A stretch of 62,312 nucleotides of DNA, the filler included, from Chrysochromulina tobinii (Eukaryota), in NCBI GenBank assembly GCA_001275005.1. It is 5 parts of 5 records of this genome, joined end to end, with 100 filler letters (N's around TTAATTAATTAA, not from the genome) between each part and the next. Parts side by side here need not be neighbours in the genome. Positions count along the whole stretch, not along the records: positions 1 to 6,982 come from JWZX01001395.1; positions 7,083 to 24,152 come from JWZX01001396.1; 3 more parts are not named here. The stretch is one strand, 5' to 3'. Both the position numbers and the translations under genes were made by a program. Of the stretch, positions 1 through 10,485 are shown piece after piece (position 1 is the first letter of the stretch; the number at the start of each line of letters is the position of its first letter). The notes under the pieces were generated by a model. That model did not search any database. It worked only from the letters and a program-made list of their open reading frames with translations, and was not told the DNA's origin.

Positions 1-3000
1 CCCGGGGCACACGGCACCGCCACGGCCGAGCCCACAGAGCACGACGTGCCGACCGGGCACACGACGCACTGATCGACAGACGTCATCACGCTCAGCGAGG
101 CGTTCTTGTGCGTGCCGAATGGGCACGGCAGCGCGGCCGCCGCGCCCTCGGCGCAGTAGTAGCCGCCGGTTGTGCACGGGCTGCACGAAGTCTGACCAGT
201 ACGATTCTGGAAGGAGCCCGCTGCGCACTTGAGGCACGTTTCCTGCCGCGACTGGTTGTTGTACGTGCCCGGAGCACACGGCACCGCCACGGCCGAGCCC
301 ACAGAGCACGACGTGCCGACCGGGCAGTCGATGCACTCGCTCAAGGAGCCGAGGTAGCCGGTGAGATTGAGCACGGTCTGGTTGGCATGGGTGCCGCCCG
401 GGCAGGGCTGCGATGCACTCGCGCCTTCTTCGCACAGGTAGCCCGACCTGCACGGCTGGCAGGCGGTGCTGCCCGACGTCGACGTGAACTTTCCTCTCGG
501 GCACAGGTCGCAAATGGCCGTGCCGTTTTGCGCAGCATATGACCCGGGAAGGCACGCTCTGCAAGCCGAGAGCGCAATCGATTGGGGCACAGGGTTGGCC
601 GTGCCAGCGGGGCAAGAGCGACACGAGGTGATCGTCGACGTTCCATTGTCGGGGTTGTAGGTGCCCACGGGGCACGGCGAAAAGGTCAGGCTCAGGGCGG
701 CTGCGCCAGCCACGGGGCAGAAGCCGCCGCGAGGGCAAGCCGAGCACGCGGACGCGCCGAGATCGGATGAATAAGTGGCTGGCGCGCAGGGCGTGCATCG
801 GGTTGCACCAGACGTCGGATTGAACGAGCCCGGGAGGCAGGGCAAGCACCCATCTGGATCAAAGAGGCCCTGGAACTTGACATACTGCCCCGGAGTACAG
901 GGGATGCAGGCGGTGCCCGCGGCTGATTGGCGCTTGCCCGCGGGGCAGCGCGTGCACCTGGGTGCGCCGAGGACGCGCTCGCTGCCAGCGGTGCAATCGA
1001 CGCACGCGCCAGAGGCATCGAGCTGGCTGTGCTCGTCGCACTCGTAGCAAACGTCGGAGACGTCGTCGCGGCGTGAGGACGGAGACGGGCAGCGCACGCA
1101 TCCGTTGCCGTAGCGGCTGCGCGCGGTGCCAGGGTCGGAGCACCGGATGAAGGGCAGCACTCGGCTGGGAGTGCCAAAGCTCCCGAGCAGCAAGTCGAGA
1201 TCGCCGTCGCCGTCGACGTCCGCCGCCGCGATCGAGTTCGTGTACCCGCTGCCGCCGGGCAGCGTGATGCTCGTCCAGGAGACGCCGTCGCCCGCGTTGA
1301 GCAGCACGCTGTTTCGACTGCCCCCAAGCAGGACGTCGAGGTCGCCGTCGCCGTCGATGTCCGCCGCCGCGATCGATTGCGCGGACGCGGGCAGCGCGAT
1401 GCTCGTCGGGAACGTGCCGTTGCCCGCGTTTAGCAGCACTATGCTGGGACTGCGAGAGTTCCCAAGCAGCACGTCGAGGTCGCCGTCGCCGTCGACGTCC
1501 GCCGCCGCGATCGAGTTCGTGTAAAAAAAACTACTAGAGCCGGTGCCGCCGCGCGCGGGCAGCGCGATGCTCGTCGGGAACGTGCCGTTGCCCGCGTTGA
1601 GCAGCACGCTGGGGGTGTCATAGTTCCCAAGCAGCACGTCGAGGTCGCCGTCGCCGTCGACGTCCGCCGCCGCGATCGAGTTCGTGTACCCGCTGCCGCC
1701 GGGCAGCTCGATGCTCGTCCAGGAGACGCCGTCGCCCGCGTTGAGCAGCACTCGGCTGGGACTGCCAGAGTTCCCAAGCAGCACGTCGAGATCGCCGTCG
1801 CCGTCGACGTCCGCCGCCGCGATCGAATAAGTGGTGGTAGATCGAGGGCCGCAGTCGGCGCAGTCCGTGCCGTGGTTACAGTAACCGTATCCTTCGGCAC
1901 CGGATCCGCCATCGTCGCAAACCCCATCTGAGGAAGACGAGCACGTCTCCGTGCAGCCGCCGTCAGGCAGCGTGATGTTTGTCCAGGAGACACCGTTGCC
2001 CGCGTTGAGCAGCACTCGGCTGGGACTGCCAGAGTTCCCAAGCAGCACGTCGAGGTCGCCGTCGCCGTCGACGTCCGCCGCCGCGATCGAGTACGTGAGC
2101 GCGCTGCCGCCGGGCAGCGCGATGCTCGTCGGGAAGCTGCCGTTGCCCGCGTTGAGCAGCACTCGGCTGGGACTGGCATAGTTCCCAAGCAGCACGTCGA
2201 GATCGCCGTCGCCGTCGACATCTGCCGCCGCTATCGAACGCGTGTCAAAATATAGAGGGCCGCAGTCGGCGCAGTCCGTGCCGGGGGTACACGAGGACGA
2301 TTCGGCACCGGATTCGCCATCGTCGCAAACCCCGTCTGAAGAAAACGCGCACGTCTCCGTGCACATGCCGGGCAGCGCGATGCTCGTTGGGAAGGTGCCG
2401 TCGCCCGCGTTGAGCAGCACTTGGCTGGGACTCTTATAGCTATAGCCGGGACTGTTATAGTTCCCGAGCAGCACGTCGAGGTCGCCATCGCCGTCGACGT
2501 CCGCCGCCGCGATCGATTGCGTGTACGTGGATGCGCTGCCCCCGAGCAGTACGCGCTCCAGAAACTGAAGTGCTGCCTCACTGCTGCCCAGTGGCTCGCT
2601 CCCCGTTCTCGCCATGGGCTTGGGCAGGCGCAGGCATCCGGTCTCATTGCTCAAGGAGGAGCACGCTGGTGGCAAGAGCGCCGCTCTGGCGCCCGGTGCG
2701 GGCTTCGCGCGGGCGGGCCTGGGCAAGATGGCGACGCAGCCCACTCGCCCTGGTGCCGAGCAATTGGGCGGTGCGAACGCCGTCGGGCGGCCGCCTGGCT
2801 GGAGGTCCCGTGCATAGTCCCGGGGGGGTGGGTACTGCCGGCGACCTTGGGTTTTCTCGAAAGCCCAGCCAGGCTGAGCCGGTCTGGGCGGCGGGCGCGC
2901 GGGTGGCGAGGGTGGCGAGGGTGGTGAAGGTGGCGAGGGCGGTGGCGAGGGCCGTGGCGAGGGCGGAGGCGGCGAGGGCGGTGGCGAGGGCGGAGGCGGC

Positions 3001-5528
3001 GAGGGCGGTGGCGAGGGCGAGGGCGGTGGCGAGGGCGGTGGCGGCGGAGAGGCCGGTGGCGGCGAAAAGGCCAGTCGAGGCCCGCAGTCGGTGCAGTCGG
3101 TGCCGCGGCTGCAATTCGAAGACTCTGCTCCGGCTTCGCCATCGTCGCACGAACCATCTGAGGCGTAATTGCACGTCTCCGTGCAGGTCTGTGCGCCCGA
3201 TGGCGGAGGCGGCGACGGCGATGGCGGCGGCGGCGAGGGCCGGGGCGAGGGCGGTGGCGGCGAGGGCCGGGGCGAGGGTGGTGGCGGCGGAGAGGCCACG
3301 GCACAGATCGTAAAGCCCGTACTCGTGACCGAGCCATCGCTGGTCCAGGTCACCGTTGTTCCGGCGACCACTTGCACATTCGTCGGCCCGGTGGAGCCGG
3401 AGTACGCTGCGTTCCCAATCCTGATGAAATCGTAGCCGAACTCGGTGTTAAACTCCGTGGCGGTGATGGTCATCGACACTTGAGCCTGCATCGTGCAAGA
3501 CTCGCCGTCGCCATAGTTTCCGCTGCCATCGGTGATGCACAAGCCGTCGGACGAGACCGAACAATACGACGAGCCCGAAACAATCGTCCAGCGCCGAGGG
3601 CCGCAGTCGGTGCAGTCGGTGCCTAGGCTGCAGTCGCTCCACTCCGATCCGGGGCCGCCGTCGTCGCACTCACCATCCGAGGCGTAGTGGCACGTCTCTG
3701 TGCAGGCCTGGCGCGGCGGGGGCGATGGCGGCGGCGGTGGCGCTGCCCCGCACCATGTGCGCATCATTGAGATGAGCGGCGCTGGCGTGCTCGGCAGGCC
3801 GCCGCCGAGCCGCACGGCATCCAGCTGCGCCGGGCTAAGGGCGACGTCCCACACCAGCAGGTCCTTCATCTGGCCCGTAAACATCGGGTCGGTAGACCAA
3901 GCGCTCTTGCCCACGTACAGGTTCGCGCGGCTCACCGGCAGCGGGAAGCGCATCGACGCGGTCGTCGCGACGCTCACACCGTTCCAGTAGATCTGGGCGG
4001 GCCCGTGGGTGTCGGTGAGGCTCGCACGCGACTGCACGACCGCGACGTGAGTCCACACGTTTGCGGGGAACGACGGCGGGCTTGCATATAATTGGTCGTA
4101 GGCACTTTCAATCCCATGATCCACTTGGTACTGCATTGAGCCCCAAAATGACACGACGACATCGTTAAAATGTCCATTTTCAACGTTGCCGAAATCGATG
4201 ACGCGATCCCCTCCAGAGCCTGTCCGCGTGCGGTAGACCCACGCGCAGAGCGTGAAGCCAAGCCCCCCGCCCACGAGCCCGGTGCGCGACGTGGCCGTCA
4301 AGTAGGAGGTCGCCGCCCCAGTGAAGGTGTACGCGCCGTCGACGACGCACGAAGGTGGCGGCAGCGAGGGCGGCAGCGGCGACGGCGACGGCGGCGGGGG
4401 CGAGGGAGAGGGCGGTGGCGGTGAGGGCGGTGGCGGTGAGGGCGAGGGCGGCGGGGGCGAGGGTGGCACACAGCTGAGCCCACAGGTAGCCTGACAGTAT
4501 TGAGACATGTACGCGTAATTTATCGAAGACGGCGCGCAATACCCAGCGGCTGCCCAGGAAATACACGACGTAGTGGGCTGCACGTCGACGCACTGAAAGC
4601 CGTATGGCGGAGGCGGCGAGGGCGACGGCGGCGGGGGAGAAGGTGGTGGAGGCGATGGCGGTGGCGGCGGCGGTGCGAGGCATAATGGAGCGCCACTGTA
4701 CGGGCATGAACTCCACGCAGGGGCAGCATCAAGAATGGTTCCCGTGGGGTAAGGCCCAGGACAGGTCCATGCATCAGGAGAGCATGAACCAGCGTTAACG
4801 ACAGATCGGGTCCATCTCCCAGTCGCGCAGTCGAACCACACGTATCCATTCAGCAAAGACCCAGTACCAGTCTGCGCTTGGTAGACGTACATTCGTCCTC
4901 CACTGGCAACACTCGAACAAGCACTGCAAGTCTGATATGTGCCGGTCTTGTAGTAATACTCAGTCGTGTGGACAGGATGTAAGAAATTTGTCGATGAACA
5001 AACGCCGCAACCAGAGCAAAGCGGCAAGCCATACGCTGTCGCTGGTGGCGGCGGCGAGGGCGACGGCGGCGGGGGCGAGGGGGAAGGTGGCGGGGGCGAC
5101 GGCGAAGGTGGCGGTGTGAGGCATAATGGAGCGCCACTGTACGGGCATGAACTCCACGCAGGGGCAGCATCAAGAATGGTTCCCGTGGGGTAAGGCCCAG
5201 GACAGGTCCATGCATCAGGAGAGCAGGAACCAGCGGGAACGACAGATCGGGTCCATCTCCCAGTCGCGCAGTTGAACCACACGTATGTATTCACCGAGCC
5301 GGACCACAAGTCAGTACCATCCCATGCTTGGTAGACGTACATTGCTCCTCCACTGGCAACACTTGAACAAGCACTGCAAGTCTGATACGTGCCAGTCTTG
5401 TAGTAGTACTCATTCGTGTAGGCAGGAAGTGTGAGAGTTGCCGTTGAACAAGCGCCGCACGACGCACAAGTCGATAATGACGCTGAAGCCCCGGGACAAA
5501 GCAAGAGCACCAGAACGAACCGTGCCAT
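1..5528 (-). CDS. Large secreted mosaic protein (>1840 aa, 3' end beyond window): signal peptide, 2x Cys-rich repeat, ShKT, LamG-like, CUB, CDDGG modules, FG-GAP repeats, GCC2/GCC3 Cys repeats, SPPP linkers
   Basis: Hand translation from ATG 5528 (MARFVLVLLLCPGASA) keeps the same frame to position 1; the lack of a stop explains its absence from the ORF track. Motifs: ShKT CVDVQPTTSCISWAAAGYC...MSQYCQATCG (~4470-4585); LamG FTLCAWVYR...WTHVAVV...FTGQMKDLLVWDVALS (~3760-4340); CUB FNTEFGYDFIRI...WTSDGSVTSTGF (~3300-3575); many SIAAADVDGDGDLDVLLG (~1150-2520); CPAG/CLPGSY repeats (1-1050). Confidence 0.88.
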   Translation of the reverse strand, partial: MARFVLVLLLCPGASASLSTCASCGACSTATLTLPAYTNEYYYKTGTYQTCSACSSVASGGAMYVYQAWDGTDLWSGSVNTYVWFNCATGRWTRSVVPAGSCSPDAWTCPGPYPTGTILDAAPAWSSCPYSGAPLCLTPPPSPSPPPPSPSPPPPSPSPPPPATAYGLPLCSGCGVCSSTNFLHPVHTTEYYYKTGTYQTCSACSSVASGGRMYVYQAQTGTGSLLNGYVWFDCATGRWTRSVVNAGSCSPDAWTCPGPYPTGTILDAAPAWSSCPYSGAPLCLAPPPPPPSPPPPSPPPPSPSPPPPYGFQCVDVQPTTSCISWAAAGYCAPSSINYAYMSQYCQATCGLSCVPPSPPPPSPSPPPPSPPPPSPSPPPPSPSPLPPSLPPPSCVVDGAYTFTGAATSYLTATSRTGLVGGGLGFTLCAWVYRTRTGSGGDRVIDFGNVENGHFNDVVVSFWGSMQYQVDHGIESAYDQLYASPPSFPANVWTHVAVVQSRASLTDTHGPAQIYWNGVSVATTASMRFPLPVSRANLYVGKSAWSTDPMFTGQMKDLLVWDVALSPAQLDAVRLGGGLPSTPAPLISMMRTWCGAAPPPPPSPPPRQACTETCHYASDGECDDGGPGSEWSDCSLGTDCTDCGPRRWTIVSGSSYCSVSSDGLCITDGSGNYGDGESCTMQAQVSMTITATEFNTEFGYDFIRIGNAAYSGSTGPTNVQVVAGTTVTWTSDGSVTSTGFTICAVASPPPPPSPRPSPPPPSPRPSPPPPSPSPPPPSGAQTCTETCNYASDGSCDDGEAGAESSNCSRGTDCTDCGPRLAFSPPPASPPPPPSPPPSPSPPPSPPPPSPPPSPPPPSPRPSPPPSPPSPPSPPSPPARPPPRPAQPGWAFEKTQGRRQYPPPRDYARDLQPGGRPTAFAPPNCSAPGRVGCVAILPRPARAKPAPGARAALLPPACSSLSNETGCLRLPKPMARTGSEPLGSSEAALQFLERVLLGGSASTYTQSIAAADVDGDGDLDVLLGNYNSPGYSYKSPSQVLLNAGDGTFPTSIALPGMCTETCAFSSDGVCDDGESGAESSSCTPGTDCADCGPLYFDTRSIAAADVDGDGDLDVLLGNYASPSRVLLNAGNGSFPTSIALPGGSALTYSIAAADVDGDGDLDVLLGNSGSPSRVLLNAGNGVSWTNITLPDGGCTETCSSSSDGVCDDGGSGAEGYGYCNHGTDCADCGPRSTTTYSIAAADVDGDGDLDVLLGNSGSPSRVLLNAGDGVSWTSIELPGGSGYTNSIAAADVDGDGDLDVLLGNYDTPSVLLNAGNGTFPTSIALPARGGTGSSSFFYTNSIAAADVDGDGDLDVLLGNSRSPSIVLLNAGNGTFPTSIALPASAQSIAAADIDGDGDLDVLLGGSRNSVLLNAGDGVSWTSITLPGGSGYTNSIAAADVDGDGDLDLLLGSFGTPSRVLPFIRCSDPGTARSRYGNGCVRCPSPSSRRDDVSDVCYECDEHSQLDASGACVDCTAGSERVLGAPRCTRCPAGKRQSAAGTACIPCTPGQYVKFQGLFDPDGCLPCLPGSFNPTSGATRCTPCAPATYSSDLGASACSACPRGGFCPVAGAAALSLTFSPCPVGTYNPDNGTSTITSCRSCPAGTANPVPQSIALSACRACLPGSYAAQNGTAICDLCPRGKFTSTSGSTACQPCRSGYLCEEGASASQPCPGGTHANQTVLNLTGYLGSLSECIDCPVGTSCSVGSAVAVPCAPGTYNNQSRQETCLKCAAGSFQNRTGQTSCSPCTTGGYYCAEGAAAALPCPFGTHKNASLSVMTSVDQCVVCPVGTSCSVGSAVAVPCAP
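4680..5420 (-). repeat. Internal duplication of a ~110-aa Cys/Trp-rich domain in the mosaic protein
   Basis: EYYYKTGTYQTCSACSSVASGG..MYVYQA...YVWF.CATGRWTRSVV.AGSCSPDAWTCPGPYPTGTILDAAPAWSSCPYSGAPLCL occurs at ~4680-4965 and ~5120-5420 with near-identical DNA. Confidence 0.85.
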
Positions 5529-5619
5529 CCTGTCTGTGAGGGAAACGGCGCTCGAGAGCTTCGGGAGTGGACCGAGCAATGTCGGAAGCCCACCGGGAAG
5601 GTTGGGCCACGTTTTCAGT

Positions 5620-6982
5620 TTCGGCTCCGAATCGGAGATCAGACGGCTGCAGAAGGCGACGGCGGCGAGCACGGCAACCGCGGCGATGATGGCGATGCTG
5701 TAGCTCGAGAGGCAATACTTGAGGTCGTCGCCGAGCAAGGTCGTGGCGGCCGCGGCGGAGGTGAGGATCGCAGCGACCGACGACTCAACGGCCGTAGCCA
5801 CGGCGGCCAAAGCCACCGCGATGGAGATGGTGATATCGACGTAGTACGACGTCTGCGGATCATGGGCACGGCGAGGGTCAACGACCAGAACGGGCACGTT
5901 GGAGGCGGGCACGTTGAGGCGGAGGCGAGAGAGGTCGCCGCGGCCAGAGGCGAGAGAGACGGGCCGTTGCGCGGCGGCGAGAGAGACGGGCACGCCGCGG
6001 CCGCCATTTGGTACTGTTGGCGATCACCTGCTCGGAAGAAGCGGCCGACGCGTTGCCCTCGTGGCGCTGGTAGAGCGATCCAGGTTTGCTATTGATCGTG
6101 GCGAGCTCGCTCGAGTACGTCTCGTCCGATTGGGTCGCCGTCGAGGTGAGCGCAGTGGCGGTCGTCTTGCCACAATGCGCCTGTGGGCGAGAGATTGCAG
6201 CGTACCGTCGCTCGGCCGTGAGCTCATTCGGAGAGCACGGCTGCGTGGCGTGGACATGCCACGCAGAGGGAGGAGGCAGGGGCGATCATCGCGCGGTGGC
6301 CACAGACGTCCCCTTGGCAACGAGGGCGCCGTACTGGGCGGGCCCTGCAGGCCGCGGGCGCCTGGCTTGCATTCGTGCAGTGATTGTGCGCACCGCAAGC
6401 GGCTCATCATGCGTAGCGCCTTTGCCGGCGGCGGCCGAGGTGTTGTTGTCCTCATGAAGCTGGTAGGACGAACCAGGGGTCTCGCCGACCGCGGTGGGCG
6501 ACGAGAAGGTCTTGTCTTGCGAGGGCTGCGCGCAGGCATGAGAAACGTGTGAGCTGGGGCACGGGCGGTGGAGTGGATGCGATGGAGTGGAAGCGGGCTG
6601 CGAGTGGCAGGCGATGACGCGAGTGCGCGGTGCGTGCGGTGTAGATGCAGGCGAGTGCTGCACTAGTGAGTGTGGGCTGGCGTCGTGCGAGAGGCGGTGA
6701 TATGGTGGACCCATGGCGAGAGGCGGCGCCGGCGTGGAGGCCGCGGTGGTGCTTGCTGTGGCGGTCGGCGCCGATGACCAGGACGGAGTCGACGGGGCCG
6801 TACTCGATGGTGAGCGGGTCGGGCAGTGCGCCGACGGGGCCGCAGCCTCGAGGACGACCGCGCCCGGATCACAGGCACAGGCTTCGCGCCGCCTGGCCAA
6901 GCGGCAGAGCCCGCGGGCGTGACAGCGGCCGGATCCTCGTGACCGTGGTGTCGACGTCGCGCCTGCCGGTCGTGTCGGAGAT
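5620..6982 (-). pseudogene. Possible fragmented or intron-containing gene for a membrane-anchored protein
   Basis: Coding-like patches in shifting frames: PGSSYQLHEDNNTSAA and PGSLYQRHEGNASAA, plus a TM-like YSIAIIAAVAVLAAVAFC. No continuous frame or recognisable family. Confidence 0.25.
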
Positions 6983-7082
6983 NNNNNNNNNNNNNNNNNN
7001 NNNNNNNNNNNNNNNNNNNNNNNNNNTTAATTAATTAANNNNNNNNNNNNNNNNNNNNNNNNNNNNNNNNNNNNNNNNNNNN
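6983..7082. other. Artificial contig linker
   Basis: N-run, TTAATTAATTAA (stops in all six frames), N-run; identical in all four gaps. Confidence 0.97.
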
Positions 7083-9948
7083 GGCTGCGGACGTGGAGCT
7101 CATTTGGAGCAACTCGATGCTGTACAACCCGGCCGAGAACTGGGTGTACCAGGCGGCGGTCGAAATGAAGCAATATGCCGACCTGAAGCTGGCGCCAATC
7201 GTCGCCTCGGCCAAGGCGCGCCTCGAGGCCACCTCCGCGGCCGTGTCGGCCGCGGTGGACGCCGTGTCGGCCGCGGTGGACGCCGTGCCGGCCGCGGTGG
7301 ACGCCGTGTCGGCCGCGGTGGACGCCGTGCCGAAGCCTGCTGTGCCGGAGCCTCCCGAGGCGGATGTGGCGATGGAAGAGGATGGGCGGCGGGACGAGGC
7401 TTCGAAGGAGGTCCCCACAGCCATGGAGGTGGACAGCGCGGCGGACGAGAGCGTGGCGGCTGAGGACGCGAATGCCGACAAATTGTGCCCCGCAGACGTG
7501 AGCGTGTCGCTGCAGGAGTTTTGCGCGATTGCGGGCAACAAGAAAGGCCGGGCCAAGCGCAACATCGTGCTGCTCGAGGACTTGGGCGTGTGCCTCGCAG
7601 CCATCGAGGATCCGGTGGGGGCGGCCGAGGGCAAGTACGTCATCAAGGAACGTAAGGAGAAGGCGCCCAAGGCTGAGAAGGAGAAGAAGGAGAAGCCCCC
7701 AGTGGACGAGATGACGCGCCCTTGGACGAAGGCTGAGCGCGACCGCGCGCTCAAGGCTGCGTCCAACCTGGGCATTTCCGATCTCGAGCGGCTCGCGCAT
7801 GCTCTTGGCCGCCCCGCTCCGGTCGCGCGCAGCTTTGCCGACGGGCTGCTGGTCAGCCTGCTCGGCGCACTCGAGGCGCCGCAGGCGGCCGCCGGCGCGC
7901 TCAAGGAGCTGCCCGACACGACGCTCGGGCGCTCGTTTTGGGGACTCGAGGCGACGCCCGACACGACGCCGTCGCCGCCGCCACTGCCTGCAGTCGAGGC
8001 CGCCGCCGCTGACGAGGCCGCCGCTGGCGAGGCCGCCGCTGCACCAGAGGCCGCGGGCGACGCGGCGGCGCCCATGACGACGGCGCCCACGACGGCGCCC
8101 ACGACGGCGCCTTCGCTTGTGTGGGCGCTTCTGCCCGAGGACGTCAAGTTTGACGAAGCGCTGCGCAAGGGCGCAGCGGGCACACTGCAGCGGCTGCTCT
8201 GGATGAGAGCCTTGTACGAACACCGTGTGCCAGCCGCCGAGGCCACTGCCCCAGCAGTGGCTGCAGCCCCCGCGGAGGGGCCGCCTGCTGCCGCTGACGC
8301 CGCCGACGCCGCTGACGCCACCGACGCCGCCGACGCAACCGAGACCACTGAGACCGCCGCCACCGACGGCGCGGCGCCGGCGCCGCCGCCGGCGGCGGTC
8401 GCAGTCCCCCTCGTCGAGTTGGCCCTGCCCGAAGCGTTCGCCAAGCAGCTCGGTGGCGGCACCGTGGGCGGCAAGGGTCCGTCGAGTGGCACCCTGCCGG
8501 CACGTTGGTGGGGCGTGGCTCACGACCGCGCGCTCCTGCAGTACACGGCCACCCATGGTCTTCATCTGAACGAGAGCGTGTGGGAGGGGCTGGCGAGCAC
8601 GGTGGCCTTTGCGCCCCCCGCACCCGCAAGCGATGCGCCCCCCGCACCCGCCAGTGATGCGCCCCCCGCACCCGCCAGTGATGCCCCGACGAGCGGTGGC
8701 AGCTCTGAGCCCTCGTCGTCCTCCGCGCCGCTGCCAGCCGCCGCGGGTGCCCAACACGGCGCGACGCCGCCGGCGACGCTCAAGCAGGCGCTCACGCGGC
8801 GCGACGCCCTCTTGCGCCGGCTGCAGGCGATCGTGTACGGCGCTCCTGGGAAGACGGCCGCTGTCAAAGCCCCCGCCAAGCGCTCGATCACGACCTTCTT
8901 CGGCGGCGCGACGGCCAAAGGGGCGCCCACTACGGCGCCGGCCGCGCCCGCGCCCGAGGAGGCGGCGGAGACGGACCGGATCGAGCCGCCAGTGAAGAAG
9001 GCCAAGGGCGCCGTCGTGAGCGTGGGAGCGCCCGTGCCGTTGGCGCCCACGACGGCGCTCACGATGGCGGAGAGGGTCTCGCTCGTGAAGGCGCAGCTCG
9101 GCCTCGACGAGGGACTGCCCGTGGCCAAGGCGGTGGCGGCGGCCAACGAGGCGATCGGCATCGAGGGTGAGGGCCCGTTGGCCGCGCAGGTGGCGAGGCT
9201 GCTCGTTGAGCTCGGCATCGATGCAGTTCCCCACCTGTCGGTCGTCACAGAAGCCGCCACCGAGCCGGCGCCTTCAACGGGCGCGAAGCCGGACAAGACG
9301 GCGGACGGCGCCGTGGACGACGCGGCTGACGACGTGGCCGACGACGCGGCGGACGAGGCCTGTGGCAAAAAGGGCGTCGTGCTGGGCGGCGACGAGTCGA
9401 TGCCGCTGGCGCGCCGTCTGATGCTCGGGCGGCTGGAGGCGACCCTGGGCGCTGCGGGGCTCGCCTCGCCTGTGGGCGGGCCGGACTCACCCGCCACGCC
9501 GGCGACCACCGCGGCGGGCATGGGCGACAACGACGGCGCTGCTGCGAGGAACGACTCGGACGACTCGGGGGGCGCTGTCGGGCGTGCGAAGATGGTGGCG
9601 GCCGAGGCGCCCGACGAAGAGCCTCCCGCCAAGCGCGCTGCAGTGGCTGAGGGCTCGGAGGCCAAGCCTGCGTCGAAGGCGAAGGCGCTCGCGCCGACGA
9701 AGGCTGTCGGAGCGGCTGCTGCTGCGAAGAGCAAGGCCGTGAGCAAGGCCGCGGCCGCAGGCAAAGGCAAGGGCGATGCCCACAGCAACGCAAGTGCCAA
9801 GGCCGCGGCGACAGCGGCGCCGGTGCCCAAGACGGCGCCGGGCGTCGCGGCCCCCAAGCAGGCAGGGCTCCTTGGATTCCTGGTGCGCCCCAAGCCGTCG
9901 ACCGAGCCCGCCGCGCCGCCGGCTGCGGCCGTGGGCGGTGCGGAGTGA
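7083..9948 (+). CDS. C-terminal part of a chromatin regulator: bromodomain end plus CHD-type SANT/SLIDE-like region (5' end in gap)
   Basis: DVELIWSNSMLYNPAENWVYQAAVEM matches the bromodomain C-terminal helices with the conserved YN; WTKAERDRALKAASNLG is SANT-like; WWGVAHDRALLQYTATHGL resembles the CHD W..xxD..LL....xHG motif. Confidence 0.7.
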
Positions 9949-10485
9949 GGTGTGTGAAGTCCGAACGCGAGGCGTGTGAAGTGAGGCAGGGCGGGCACGT
10001 GTGCAGCAGACTGGCCATGGCGCCGGGCGAGTACGGGGTGGACGACTTTTGGTGGAGCTGGAGGGATGAGTGCGTGCGGGGTGCGGAAGCCCCTCGCGCG
10101 GATGCGCAGCTTGTAGGTGGTGCTGGAGGGATGAGTGCGTGCGGGGAAGCCCCTCGAGAGGATGCGCAGCTCGTGGATGGAGCTGGCCGCAGGCAAAAGG
10201 CCGGAATGGTGGCTCGACGACGTGCCGTGGCTCGCAGCACTTGGGGCATCGGCAAGAGTGAGCAGAGGAGGGTGGGATAGAGCATGGGGCATGGAGGCCA
10301 TAGCTCGTATGCTGTGCCGGTCGGACAGCACTGTGAACATGTCTGCGCCTCCCACGGTGTGTCTCCACGGGACCGGTGGGTGTGCGTCTTGCCGAGACGG
10401 CAAAACAACGTCGTAACGTGAACGTGTTGCTGTGAACATGAATGAACTTGAATTGATCGGAGTGTCGGCGATTAGATTGTCCAAA

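Noticed and set aside
1521..1540. A8 tract with apparent stops in the mosaic gene
   Set aside because: Reads in frame on the minus strand as SSSFFYTN; no disruption.
6983..7082. TTAATTAATTAA palindrome within N-runs (also 24153, 35589, 55193)
   Set aside because: Identical synthetic six-frame-stop linker; not biological.
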